A stretch of 64,000 nt of DNA from an uncultured Gammaproteobacteria bacterium (GCA_964540475.1 CAZIMC010000002.1:6709-70708), one strand, 5' to 3'. Positions 46,002-55,679 are shown, counted from the first letter of the stretch. Numbers and translations: made by a program. The notes: a model not told the origin generated them from the letters alone.

Positions 46002-46967
46002 CTAAATCGGTAAATATTGATGAAGAATCTGGGTAGTTAAAAAGACCAGATAGACAGCCATAAGGATTAAGCCTTCTTTGCGCGAAATATCTCTATGTGA
46101 TCTGGAAAACCGGTAAAATATTGTTAGGCCTACAATTGCTAGAATTATTGTAAAGAGAAATCCGTTTTCTGCTTTTACGTCACCATTATTTATAAGTGTT
46201 AATACTCCAAAAAGAAAAGTGGTGGACGAGGCTGCGCCAATATAATCACCAAAGGCAATATCCTTTTTTCTAAGATATATCGATCTTATCGCAAGTGATA
46301 ATTCTGGCAGGTTAGTCCCGACAGAGAGGAAAAGCAGGCTTATTAAAAAGGGGGAAATGCCAAGAACGATTGAAAATTCTATTGTCTTATCAACGATAAT
46401 GTGCCCCGAAACGAAAACGATTGCAACACCGGCCATTGTTTTAAATATATCCCAAAGTGAGTATGAACGGATTTGTAGAAGTTTGTGATTTGAATTGTCA
46501 AAGATGCCCTTATCAAGCTGAATCACAACAAACAGAATCAGGTACAAAACTATACAGATAATACCTTCTGTATTTGTTACCTTCCGGTCAAGCACAAAAA
46601 ACAAAGGAGCTGTTGCAACAACGAGCGCGAGAATTAGTTGGTGGCCTTTGAGATCCTGGCCAATCTTTATCCCACCTCCCAGAATAGCTAGAATTGGTAT
46701 AACCAGAAAAAACAGCACTATTTTTCCGCCTATCAAATTTCCAATAAATATTTCTGGCAAACCTTCGGAAATTGACGTAAGCCCAACAGCAAGTTCCGGT
46801 ATAGAAGTCAAAATTCCTAAAATAAAAAATGAAATTGCAAACGCCGAAAGCTTAAGTCGCCGAGCAAAATCATCAACTGCATTGACTATCAAACCCGCAC
46901 CAATCCAAATGGCGAAGAATGAGCCTATATAAATGACAGCATCCTGGGCAAGCATAATATCCAGCAC
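46002..46967 (-). CDS. Ca2+/cation antiporter (CaCA family, YrbG-like)
   Basis: Two alpha-repeat signatures (G-SIPELAVG, GTNLPELSLAIRS). 10 TM. Confidence 0.8.
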   Translation of the reverse strand: MLDIMLAQDAVIYIGSFFAIWIGAGLIVNAVDDFARRLKLSAFAISFFILGILTSIPELAVGLTSISEGLPEIFIGNLIGGKIVLFFLVIPILAILGGGIKIGQDLKGHQLILALVVATAPLFFVLDRKVTNTEGIICIVLYLILFVVIQLDKGIFDNSNHKLLQIRSYSLWDIFKTMAGVAIVFVSGHIIVDKTIEFSIVLGISPFLISLLFLSVGTNLPELSLAIRSIYLRKKDIAFGDYIGAASSTTFLFGVLTLINNGDVKAENGFLFTIILAIVGLTIFYRFSRSHRDISRKEGLILMAVYLVFLTTQILHQYLPI

Positions 46968-47003
46968 AACAAAGTATATATGAACGGTGTAAGTTTGTAA
47001 TCC

Positions 47004-47453
47004 GTGAATTTGATTGTTATACTACGGGCTATGTCAGAAAGAATAGCACGGTTAGCGGCACTTGGTGCTTTTGCAATTGGTACATCAGCCTGTAGGGCAG
47101 GGGTTGACATAGAAGCAACTCAAACACAGCAATGGGACTGGGTTGAAGGCACTGCTACTCAACTAGTACTTTCCAGGACTCCTACACCAACTATTACACC
47201 TACTCCAACACCAGATATGACAATGGTTGCAGAGGTCAACAACCGAGTAATAAGAGCATTAGCTGCCTCAACTGGAACACAAATGAGAACTAACACAATT
47301 GCCACAGCCACGCAAGTTGCAAAAATTCATGCACAGCAAGTGCGTAACGAACGAAGTAAAGATATGCTTGTTAAAGGAGCCTTGGCAACAGCCATCCTCG
47401 GAGGAGCTGGTTACATAGTTAATCGCAGGATGCGAGTAGGCAGAAAGAAGTAA
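47004..47453 (+). CDS. Hypothetical secreted/membrane protein with a (TP)n linker
   Basis: ORF, signal-like N-terminus, C-terminal TM. Confidence 0.45.
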   Translation: MNLIVILRAMSERIARLAALGAFAIGTSACRAGVDIEATQTQQWDWVEGTATQLVLSRTPTPTITPTPTPDMTMVAEVNNRVIRALAASTGTQMRTNTIATATQVAKIHAQQVRNERSKDMLVKGALATAILGGAGYIVNRRMRVGRKK

Positions 47454-47483
47454 CCTTCAATAACAGCTTTGTTATGACTAAAT

Positions 47484-47505
47484 ACGCCACACGCGTGGCG
47501 TGTTT
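47484..47505 (+). terminator. Rho-independent terminator
   Basis: acgccacacgcgtggcgt followed by gttt. Confidence 0.6.
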
Positions 47506-47924
47506 GATATAATACCTGAACCAATCTGATAATTATGTCACAAGTTGAAGTAATATTTTATTTTGATCCTAAAATTCAAGAGCATGCCAATGAACGGTTA
47601 ACAAAGGCAGAAGACATATTAAGTAATCATGGGACAATAACAGGTGGAAGCTACAGATTGCTTAAGAGGGGAATTGAAGAGGTCACACTGCTTTCGAAAG
47701 CAAGCTAAACAGAGCCTGGCCTGAGGGCTGTGGTGCAGGCATTGTTCAGGAAGCTTAGGGTATAGAACAGCAAGACATAGAACTTAACACTGCACTCCTC
47801 GTTTACGAAGCATTTGATAATAGTACCCACAATCCTCACGGCTTAAATAATACCGAAACCATTATGGTTGAGAGAAAACAGGTGCGAGGATTAAAAACGA
47901 GCACAACACAATAAAGTATGTTTT

Positions 47925-48194
47925 TTACTGCCTAAAATATAGCATAAGGATCGCAGCAGTAAGGAGGATTAGTAGTACTACAATTCCAGCAAAAATTAAA
48001 GTAAGCAGTGTAGAAATTTTGTTCAATGAATTAGTAAAGTTGTTAAACCAACGAAGCACCGCTTCCATCTTCGGATAGTTTTTCTCCATCCCAGATAGTC
48101 TGGTGCGCAGTTTGGGTAGGAGAAGTGGGCCCAAAAGGGCAGCAGCAATGATTACTAATATCTTCATCACAATATAATTATAACATTGGGTCAT
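47925..48194 (-). CDS. Small membrane protein (89 aa, 2 TM)
   Basis: ORF with two hydrophobic helices. Confidence 0.45.
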   Translation of the reverse strand: MTQCYNYIVMKILVIIAAALLGPLLLPKLRTRLSGMEKNYPKMEAVLRWFNNFTNSLNKISTLLTLIFAGIVVLLILLTAAILMLYFRQ

Positions 48195-48272
48195 AGAAGT
48201 TTTTGTATTTTAATTAATATGTAGACAAGCTGCTTATTGACAAATGCAACCCTGTTGCATTAGTATATTCGA

Positions 48273-49052
48273 ATGATAAATTTGGTTCAACCAAGCCGAA
48301 TTGAGCAAATTTACACAAGCATATTAGCTTTTAAGTCGTTAAAGCCTAACAACGAGGTAAACACAGCGTTTGAAAACTTAGTTAGATACTCACTTAGTCA
48401 ACATAAAATTGAACTAGATGTTAGAAAAATAAGTCGCCTTCAAAAAATATGCAGCAAAGCAGAATATGAGCTTGAGCTGCACTGGAGTAAATTAATAGCA
48501 AAAAGTGATAATTCCTGGGAAAAACTGCGACAGTTTCCATACCACAAGAACTATCAAGGTCTGACGAAAATGGAATGGCTCAGTTTACTTGGTTGTACGA
48601 ACCATAAAAGTCATTCTGTACTTTTTATTGGTGGCGGGCCACTTCCGCTTACAGCAATTGAATTAGCTAAAAACTACAATATTCCAGTCACAGTCCTCGA
48701 GAGAGTAAAAGAGGCTGCAGTTTTATCTAATAAATTAATTACCAAGTTGCAGCTTGGCGACAGAGTTAAGATATTACAAAGAGACGCGGCACGTTTTCAG
48801 GATTATTCAAAGTACAACGTCATATTTTTGGCTGCATTAGCGGGGGTTAAGGCAGATGAAAAAACTAGAATATTATCGCTTTTTAAAACACATGCAAAAT
48901 CCGGGACACATATTTTAGCAAGAAGTAGTTGGGGTAATCGCAAGCTACTTTATAAACCACTCAACGTTCGGGAAATAATGATGCTTAAGCCGATTTTGGA
49001 AGTCAGGCCTCATAATGACGTGGTCAATTCTGTAATAATTTTCCAAGTATGA
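48273..49052 (+). CDS. Nicotianamine-synthase-like (NAS/CntL-like) SAM-dependent aminobutyryl transferase
   Basis: LFIGGGPLPLTAIELA and VIFLAALAGVKADEKTRIL...GTHILARSSWGNRKLLYKP match conserved NAS blocks. Confidence 0.7.
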   Translation: MINLVQPSRIEQIYTSILAFKSLKPNNEVNTAFENLVRYSLSQHKIELDVRKISRLQKICSKAEYELELHWSKLIAKSDNSWEKLRQFPYHKNYQGLTKMEWLSLLGCTNHKSHSVLFIGGGPLPLTAIELAKNYNIPVTVLERVKEAAVLSNKLITKLQLGDRVKILQRDAARFQDYSKYNVIFLAALAGVKADEKTRILSLFKTHAKSGTHILARSSWGNRKLLYKPLNVREIMMLKPILEVRPHNDVVNSVIIFQV

Positions 49053-49534
49053 GAATTATTATTCCATCTGAAATGAAACTCTCACTTGTGAGGGATTTTA
49101 TGTTGTTTATAGTTGAGGACGATTTTAATTATAAGTTTAACCCGGAATGGCACTGGGATATTGCGTCACTTAAGGAGACTTACTTAAATTCCAAGAGCTT
49201 ACTGTTGGCAGCAGAAGAGAAAGGTGAGATTATTGCAACTATTGCCGGGCGGCCATACGACCGGGATTATAGAAAACTAAAAGGAAAATATGATAATAAT
49301 ACGTTGGGAGTTTGGAGGCACTATGTTAAAAAAGAGTTACGCGGCAACGGAATTGGGACAAAATTATTAGATGAGTTTGAGAAACAAGCAAAGAATAAGG
49401 GCTATAAAAAGCTATACCTTCATACACAAAAAACAATACCTGGTTCACTTGAATATTGGCTCGCCAAGGGTTACCTGATTACAAATGATACTAATGATCG
49501 GTTTAAGACCGTTCACTTAGAGAAAACTTTTTAA
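49049..49534 (+). CDS. GNAT-family N-acetyltransferase, ATGA-coupled to the NAS-like gene
   Basis: Acetyl-CoA binding motif RGNGIGTKLLDEFEKQAKNKGYKKLYLHT. Confidence 0.75.
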   Translation: MRIIIPSEMKLSLVRDFMLFIVEDDFNYKFNPEWHWDIASLKETYLNSKSLLLAAEEKGEIIATIAGRPYDRDYRKLKGKYDNNTLGVWRHYVKKELRGNGIGTKLLDEFEKQAKNKGYKKLYLHTQKTIPGSLEYWLAKGYLITNDTNDRFKTVHLEKTF

Positions 49535-49537
49535 GGT

Positions 49538-50116
49538 TTAGTTTTCGTATCGAAAGCTTTCCAGAAGTCGATAATAAATTTCTCTGTCGGAATCTAAACT
49601 ATCTGGAGAAGAAAAGAGCCTGAACCAGAAAGTTTGGTTGTTTGCTGTAGCTACGAATTCAAGTTGGCTTTCTGGCATTTCCGGGTTATGGGAGGTTTCT
49701 TGCGTGGTTGCTATAAACAATTTCCCTGTTAAATTGCCGAACTCTCGTTCTTCTTCCAGTTGTCCATCAAACTCAGTTATAATTTTATCTTCAATCGACT
49801 GGGGTGATTCTTCTGTCATAATGACTGCAATGCTTGAAGCGGTGAAGTTGTTTTCTTCAGTTTGCTCAACAACATCAACCCGGTTAACTACTGGAGGGGT
49901 GGGGGGTTGGCCAATGGTCAATATCCAGTCTGCAGGGTACAAGAACGAAAAGCCGTCTTCGTGGCCATACTGTTGCCATTCATTCTGGGATTCGGGTGTT
50001 GGTGCGGGGGCGGTTGGTGCAAGGAAGTTTCGGAGTCCGCCTGTCCTGGCTGCAAAACCTACCAGTATTATGAGAAGTATTCCAGTTACGATAATTAATA
50101 TTCTATTCCTGTTCAT
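49538..50116 (-). CDS. Hypothetical membrane-anchored secreted protein
   Basis: N-terminal TM, Pro/Thr linker. No domain recognised. Confidence 0.5.
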   Translation of the reverse strand: MNRNRILIIVTGILLIILVGFAARTGGLRNFLAPTAPAPTPESQNEWQQYGHEDGFSFLYPADWILTIGQPPTPPVVNRVDVVEQTEENNFTASSIAVIMTEESPQSIEDKIITEFDGQLEEEREFGNLTGKLFIATTQETSHNPEMPESQLEFVATANNQTFWFRLFSSPDSLDSDREIYYRLLESFRYEN

Positions 50117-50257
50117 ATAAAAGGATTATTTCAGAAGCTTGCTACAATATCAAGCGCTAGAGCTGGAAGTGTGCAGCCTGCGAGTTAGCTAGGAAGCGTA
50201 GGATCCGTATGCACAAAATGCTCCCTTGCTTGTCACGCAGCTCTCCTAGAAAAGCGG

Positions 50258-50328
50258 CAGGCTCGCTAGGATTCGAACCTAGAAAAGCGGTTTTGGAGAC
50301 CGCTGTGATACCATTTCACCACGAGCCT
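50258..50328 (-). tRNA. tRNA-Trp (CCA)
   Basis: Hand-folded cloverleaf: acceptor AGGCTCG/CGAGCCT, anticodon loop CTCCAAA, T-loop TTCGAAT. Confidence 0.75.
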
Positions 50329-50440
50329 ATGGAAGTATTATATCAGGAAGAGACTAGGAAGAAAAAAATCGGGCGCTTCTTGTGTCTGGTGTTACTGGTT
50401 GTCGCGGATGCGACTGACACAAAAAGCGCCCTTGATTTGG

Positions 50441-50716
50441 CTAGAGTCGGATGTTTAAAAACTTGAGCAGAGCTTGAGTGTCAACGTTTGACCCCTCGTA
50501 AGCCTTTTTGATGCGCTTTTTAAGCATCTCCAAGGCTTCCTTAGCCAGCTGCTCTTCCGTCTTGGCCGAATTGGTGGTCTCAGCTTCAGCCCGAAACGGT
50601 GTGCCATTACGATTGAAATCGGCGATGGCTCTCCGTACCGGACCCAAAGAAGTCGTTCTCACGATGAGCACGACATCCTTTCCACCAACATTTCCCCTCT
50701 TGCTCTTGTCAAGCAT
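50441..50716 (-). CDS. Hypothetical small protein (91 aa). Start placed at the ATG preceded by AAAGGAGG.
   Basis: Strong SD taaaggaggcaaagcaATG. The ORF track extends further upstream to 50773. Confidence 0.5.
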   Translation of the reverse strand: MLDKSKRGNVGGKDVVLIVRTTSLGPVRRAIADFNRNGTPFRAEAETTNSAKTEEQLAKEALEMLKKRIKKAYEGSNVDTQALLKFLNIRL

Positions 50717-50827
50717 TGCTTTGCCTCCTTTAAGGCTGGTATGGGGGATGATACGGTAGACTTTTGAGCGCAATTGCTCTTAGTCGATCAATTATACATT
50801 AACTATTCAAGTCTTTTGAAGAAATGC

Positions 50828-50999
50828 TACTTTAACTTCGAAGATTCTTTGTGTAGCTGAACCTTTTTGCAAACATTGCAGAACTTTTTGGTTTCGAGCT
50901 TTTTTTCCATGTTAACCTTGTTCCTGGTTGTAATGTAATTTTGGCTTTTACAAACGGAACAGATTAAAGCAACGTATTCTCGTGCGCCCTTTTTTGCCA
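50828..50999 (-). CDS. rpmG: Ribosomal protein bL33 (56 aa; below the ORF-track cutoff)
   Basis: Hand translation: MAKKGAREYVALICSVCKSQNYITTRNKVNMEKKLETKKFCNVCKKVQLHKESSKLK, with two CxxC pairs typical of L33. Confidence 0.8.
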
Positions 51000-51042
51000 T
51001 ATTTAGTTATTAGTTACTTAGTTATTGGTTACTTAGAAATGC

Positions 51043-51387
51043 TTAAACTTTGGATTTAAGTTTGCTAAGCTGTTTTGCCAGGATAACCAGTTGATTATAC
51101 CAGAATTGATATTGATTTCCAGTAATTAGATTATTTGTATGTGCTAGCTTTAACAGTGGCACACATTCGTAAACAGACCCTCTTGCAATTCCAATAAACC
51201 GCTTAAATTCAATTTTAGTTCTACTACTGCCTTCGGCGATGTTAAGTGAGATTGATAAAGATGCTCTTCTAAGTTGATCTGCAAGGGAATACTGGTACTT
51301 AGAAGGCCACTTTATAGTGTTTTTATATATATCATCTGCGAATTTCAAGGAAGAGTTGTAAACATCCAGTTTTTCAAAATTAAACAT
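51043..51387 (-). CDS. Four-helix-bundle protein (23S rRNA IVS-encoded protein family)
   Basis: FEKLDVYNSSLKFADDIY...ISLNIAEGSSRTKIEFKRFIGIARGSVYEC matches the TIGR02436-type family. Confidence 0.75.
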   Translation of the reverse strand: MFNFEKLDVYNSSLKFADDIYKNTIKWPSKYQYSLADQLRRASLSISLNIAEGSSRTKIEFKRFIGIARGSVYECVPLLKLAHTNNLITGNQYQFWYNQLVILAKQLSKLKSKV

Positions 51388-51470
51388 AATTAATTTTACT
51401 TACTATGTTTGGAGTTTCCAAGTAACCAATTAACCAAGGACGAAATAACCATTGCATTCAATATTTCAAA

Positions 51471-52715
51471 TTGACTAATATAAATGCAATTGTGAAGGTT
51501 TTTATATTGGCTACGCGTGTGGCGGGAAATGATGGCGTGTCTCTTGAAGCAGTTCGTTGGGAAGAAGTGCTTACAAGAATGGGACACAAAGTGAGTTTCA
51601 TTGCAGGACAGTTAGATAGAAAAGGAGTACTTCTTCCAGATCTTCATTTCCAAAATTCAAAGATTGTTAGGCTTCATGACAGCGTCGTGTATGGAAAAAA
51701 CAATTATCGTGATATCGAAAAAGAAATATTTACCATTGCAGGAAAAATTGAAGGGCAATTGAGAGAGATTTTTAATTCAAATGGAAAGATTGATCTATTA
51801 ATAGTTCCCAACGTGTTATCTTTGCCTGTGCACTTTCCACTAGCAGTTGCATTAGCACGGGTTATCGAAGAAAAAAATATTAAAACAATTGCCAGGCATC
51901 ACGATTTCTGGTGGGAGAGACAAAGATTTCTTAAGTCCAATTTATTTCCCTTTTTTAAGAAATGGTTTCCGCCGGATCTACCCAGTATATCGCATGTAGT
52001 TATTAATTCAGAAAGTCAGAGTGAGCTAAAAAGGAGAACTGGTTTGGATGCAGAAATAATTTGGGACTGCTTTGATTTTAATGCTGACAAGAGCATTGAT
52101 TCGTACTCCAGGAATTTCAGGAAAGACTTTGGGATCGCAGTGGAAGATTTTGTTTTTCTTCAGGCAACACGGATAGTTCCAAGAAAGAGAATTGAGCTTG
52201 CAATTGAGTTAGTTAAGAAATTAAACGACCCCAGGGTGGTATATGTTGTTGCAGGAAGAGCTGGAGATGAGGCGGGGGATTATGAAAAGTATGTTCGCAG
52301 ATTGGCAAAAGAGAGCGGTATTAGATATAAATTCATAGGAAACAGGATTAATTCCCACAGAAAAATTATAGATGGCAGAAGAATTTATACGCTTTGGGAC
52401 GCGTTTTTAAATTGCGATTTTGTGACATATCCAACGGAACTTGAGGGGTTTGGTAATCAATTTGTTGAAGCGGTATATTTTAAAAAACCAGTAATTATTA
52501 CTCCTTACCCTGTATACGAAAAAGATATTAGACCTTTGGGTTTTCAATCGATCGAAATGACTGAAAAGATTTCTGGCAGTGTCATCCAAAAAGTGCGGGA
52601 TTTAATGGAGGATAAAGCCAAAAGAGAATCACTAGCCTTGCACAACTTTGAATTGGGAAGAAAATATTTCTCCTACGAGTGGGTGCAAAATAAACTCGAG
52701 AAACTTTTAAAGTGA
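51471..52715 (+). CDS. GT-B fold glycosyltransferase (GT4-like)
   Basis: C-terminal E-x7-E region ELEGFGNQFVEAVYFKKPVI. 414 aa. Confidence 0.65.
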   Translation: MTNINAIVKVFILATRVAGNDGVSLEAVRWEEVLTRMGHKVSFIAGQLDRKGVLLPDLHFQNSKIVRLHDSVVYGKNNYRDIEKEIFTIAGKIEGQLREIFNSNGKIDLLIVPNVLSLPVHFPLAVALARVIEEKNIKTIARHHDFWWERQRFLKSNLFPFFKKWFPPDLPSISHVVINSESQSELKRRTGLDAEIIWDCFDFNADKSIDSYSRNFRKDFGIAVEDFVFLQATRIVPRKRIELAIELVKKLNDPRVVYVVAGRAGDEAGDYEKYVRRLAKESGIRYKFIGNRINSHRKIIDGRRIYTLWDAFLNCDFVTYPTELEGFGNQFVEAVYFKKPVIITPYPVYEKDIRPLGFQSIEMTEKISGSVIQKVRDLMEDKAKRESLALHNFELGRKYFSYEWVQNKLEKLLK

Positions 52716-52821
52716 TCCTGAGATGGGAATATGAATTGCAAATTCATATGACTTAGCTTGCTTTATTTCAATTCTTAAGAATTTTCAAGTCGCAAGATGC
52801 GTCATTGAACCCATATTGTTT

Positions 52822-52898
52822 GGGAGCCTGGATCGGGAGTCGAACCCGAGACCTCATTCTTACCAAGAATGCGCTCTGCCAACTGAGCTATCCAGGCT
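52822..52898 (-). tRNA. tRNA-Thr (GGT), CCA encoded
   Basis: Acceptor GCCTGGA/TCCAGGC, anticodon loop TTGGTAA, T-loop TTCGACT. Confidence 0.75.
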
Positions 52899-52953
52899 TA
52901 TCTCTTCTAAGGCGCAGGGAAATTATACCAGAAAACACTGCTATAATTTAAGC

Positions 52954-53865
52954 GTGAGAAGGGTAATTCCTTTACTAATTATCGGGTTCATGCTCATTGG
53001 TGTTGGGGTAGAATTTTTAGCTTCGCGATATACCAAGCAAACAGGCGGTATTACTACAAGTCGTAAACCCAAAGCGGAGGTCGAAATTATTTTAGCCGGG
53101 GATGTGATGCTTGGAAGAACGGTTATGAGCCGGAGCTTGGATATGAGCGATCCTGTTTACCCATTCAGAAAAGTAGGGGAGGTGCTTTCTCAAGCTGATA
53201 TTGTTTTTGTGAACCTAGAAAATCCAATTCTTGAAAATTGCCCTAGGCATTATACGGGATTTACTTTTTGCGCAGAACCCAAAATGATCGAAGGACTGGA
53301 ATTTGCGGGTGTAGATGTGGCGACTTTGGCTAATAATCGCTCAAGAAATTATGGAGAGCGAGGGTTGTTACGAACAAAAGAGCTATTGGAAGAAAAGGGA
53401 ATTTTGGTTACCGGTTTGGGGAATTTGGCAGTAATTGAGAAAAGTGGAGTCAAATTTGGCTTTTTGGGATTTGATTATGTAGATAAAAACATAACTGATG
53501 AAGATTTGGAGTTAGTGCGTGAATCAGATAAAAGGGTGGATGTTTTGATTGCCGGAGTACATTGGGGGGCGGAATACCGGGACACGGCATCGGCGAAGCA
53601 AAATGAAATTGCCAAGAAATTGGTAGAAAACGGAGTAGATCTAATAGCTGGTCACCATCCACATTGGGTGCAAAATCAGGAGACCATAAACGGGAAGCCA
53701 GTTTATTATTCACTAGGAAACTTTATTTTTGACCAGATGTGGAGCGCAAAGACTCGCGAAGGGTTGGCAATTAGGATTATTTATAACGAAAAAGGCGAGA
53801 TTGTGAGGGAAGAAGATCTGCCAGTCTTTATGTACAGCTGGGCCCAACCCGAATGGGTAGAGTAG
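52954..53865 (+). CDS. CapA-family metallophosphatase (poly-gamma-glutamate capsule biosynthesis CapA-like). The start is uncertain; the ORF-track N-terminus is a translation of the antisense tRNA.
   Basis: ILAGDVMLGR, VHWGAEY and GHHPH metallophosphatase/CapA motifs. GTG at 52954 is preceded by TATAAT. Confidence 0.7.
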   Translation: MRRVIPLLIIGFMLIGVGVEFLASRYTKQTGGITTSRKPKAEVEIILAGDVMLGRTVMSRSLDMSDPVYPFRKVGEVLSQADIVFVNLENPILENCPRHYTGFTFCAEPKMIEGLEFAGVDVATLANNRSRNYGERGLLRTKELLEEKGILVTGLGNLAVIEKSGVKFGFLGFDYVDKNITDEDLELVRESDKRVDVLIAGVHWGAEYRDTASAKQNEIAKKLVENGVDLIAGHHPHWVQNQETINGKPVYYSLGNFIFDQMWSAKTREGLAIRIIYNEKGEIVREEDLPVFMYSWAQPEWVE

Positions 53866-53868
53866 AAT

Positions 53869-55296
53869 CTAGAAATCTTCACCTCGTTGAGTACTCAAAC
53901 GGAACCTCTCGAAAGCTGCCTTTCTGGATCTATTAACTTGCCCACCCAGCAAGGTGATTCTGTCGAATATATCATGGTAGGTAGGCATTGGAGAAGGAAT
54001 TGTAGCAGGGAGGTTTCTTCGATCCCATAATTGTGGTTTATGGCGAAGCTCATTTATAGACTTGTGATATTCATCTGCCATAAGCAAGCAGTAGTTGCCA
54101 ATGGTTACCACATCTTCCTCGATGCGTATTCGGGTTTGTTCGGATAAATTAGAACCACTTAACAATTTTAATGCTTGCATAAGAGGTTTAGTAAAAAGAT
54201 TAATTTTTTGATTTTCAAAACTCTGTGAGGGATTGTACTTTGGTGCGGCTTTAAGCAGTTCATCGATTTGTTCATTGCTAAACCCTCCCCGTGTTGTAAT
54301 GTAGTTCATCAGCACGTCTCGGACATGCTCATAGACTTTTCCCGGCATGTAAAAAATTTTATCAGCCGGAAATTTTTTACCAGATTCTGCCACTGCTGGT
54401 ATACTTTCTGCGTAGCTAATAAAACTGGCAACCATTTCTGGCAGATATAATATTGTGGGCCAGTTCTCTTCAGTTTTGGTGCCGGGAAATTTTTTCTCGA
54501 CTTGATGAATTATTCCTAATGGGTATGGGTTAGTAAATGTTCCAGGATTTCGAGACCTTTCCAAGGCCAGCTCACTAAGCCATGACGCGACTCTCGAGAA
54601 GAATATGTCAATATCAAAATTAGAACCAGTATTTACAGAAGACAGGTCTTTAAAAATCTTTTCATCTACGAGCAACAAAAATCCACCGTATAACGCTTTG
54701 ATGTTTAAATCTAAACCATTTCGTTGTGTATGCTCTTTAAGTATGTGAAGATTTGAGGCGTTGTGCTGAAAGCTTTTGTCTGTTACTAACTTATATGCCA
54801 GAAGAGCATTCATAAAATTATCAACAAAGCTTTCCGGCCCAAATGGATCGTATGCAGTACGCGTATCGACTACTTTATCGTGTTCGTCAAAATGTTCTGC
54901 GAATATGCTATATGAGTATACTTTTAAGGGATCAGTACCGATTATTCGGCGTATATCCGGTATGACTTTGTGACCTTTAGACAAGAGTAGTTTTGATCTT
55001 TGTCTCCATACAAGTTCGCGAAGACTGGTGCTATTGTCATTAAGTAATGCAAGAAAGTCTTCGCGAGATAAAGTCGAGAACTTATATACCAAAGCGGAAT
55101 ATTCTCTTTGTTCGCGGGGTGACAGGGAATTAAAAGTAGCTCTTATATCGGGTCTGGATGAAAATATTGATTCTAAGATTTTAGACTCGGCTAATACAGT
55201 ACCTCTATGAGGTGCGATTGGCAGTTTTGCCGAGAGAGTAGAGTTTTCGAACTCACGCCAAAAATTGAATGGTTTATTGTCTCTTTCTGTAGTCAT
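53869..55296 (-). CDS. Hypothetical protein (475 aa)
   Basis: Long ORF. No domain recognised. Confidence 0.55.
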   Translation of the reverse strand: MTTERDNKPFNFWREFENSTLSAKLPIAPHRGTVLAESKILESIFSSRPDIRATFNSLSPREQREYSALVYKFSTLSREDFLALLNDNSTSLRELVWRQRSKLLLSKGHKVIPDIRRIIGTDPLKVYSYSIFAEHFDEHDKVVDTRTAYDPFGPESFVDNFMNALLAYKLVTDKSFQHNASNLHILKEHTQRNGLDLNIKALYGGFLLLVDEKIFKDLSSVNTGSNFDIDIFFSRVASWLSELALERSRNPGTFTNPYPLGIIHQVEKKFPGTKTEENWPTILYLPEMVASFISYAESIPAVAESGKKFPADKIFYMPGKVYEHVRDVLMNYITTRGGFSNEQIDELLKAAPKYNPSQSFENQKINLFTKPLMQALKLLSGSNLSEQTRIRIEEDVVTIGNYCLLMADEYHKSINELRHKPQLWDRRNLPATIPSPMPTYHDIFDRITLLGGQVNRSRKAAFERFRLSTQRGEDF

Positions 55297-55431
55297 TTAT
55301 CATATTGGCAGGTAGTAAAGCAGTAAGTTGATAATGTTGAGGCAAGCCTGCTTACGCAGGCAGGAATACGCCTTAAAAAACTATTCCATCTTGGCACTAT
55401 CGAACCTAAGCTCAAAGCACAAGTTTTCGTG

Positions 55432-55516
55432 TGCTGGGGGAAGGATTCGAACCTTCGTAGCCCTTTCGAGCGACAGTTTTACAGACTGTTGCAATTGTCC
55501 ACTCTGCCACCCCAGC
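55432..55516 (-). tRNA. tRNA-Tyr (GTA) with long variable arm
   Basis: Acceptor GCTGGGG/CCCCAGC, anticodon loop CTGTAAA, long variable arm, T-loop TTCGAAT. Confidence 0.7.
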
Positions 55517-55529
55517 TAATAATATTTAT

Positions 55530-55605
55530 TGGGAGCCGTCTTAGGGACTCGAACCCTAGACCTGCTGTTTACAAAACAGCTGCTCTACCACTGAGCTAAG
55601 ACGGC
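55530..55605 (-). tRNA. tRNA-Thr (TGT), CCA encoded
   Basis: Acceptor GCCGTCT/AGACGGC, anticodon loop TTTGTAA, T-loop TTCGAGT. Confidence 0.75.
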
Positions 55606-55679
55606 TAAGTTCAAAATGCTCGGTGGCCAAGCTTTGCTTACCACTGAGCTAAGACAGCAACGTTTTGGAAATTATACCA
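55606..55679 (-). repeat. Leader of the tRNA-Thr(TGT) transcript. It contains the GTGGCCAAGCTTTGCTTAC motif, a duplicated 17-nt copy of the tRNA-Thr 5' end (one mismatch), and the tRNA promoter -10.
   Basis: Motif at 55623-55641. ccactgagctaagacAgc at 55641-55658 against the tRNA's ccactgagctaagacGgc at 55588-55605. -10 ggaaattatacca at 55667-55679, reverse complement TGGTATAAT. Confidence 0.75.

Noticed and set aside
52816-52953. N-terminal 46 codons of ORF 52816..53865 (MFGSLDRESNPRPHSYQECALPTELSRL...)
   Set aside because: This stretch is the antisense translation of tRNA-Thr(GGT). The real CapA-like gene must start downstream, at GTG 52954 or ATG 52990.
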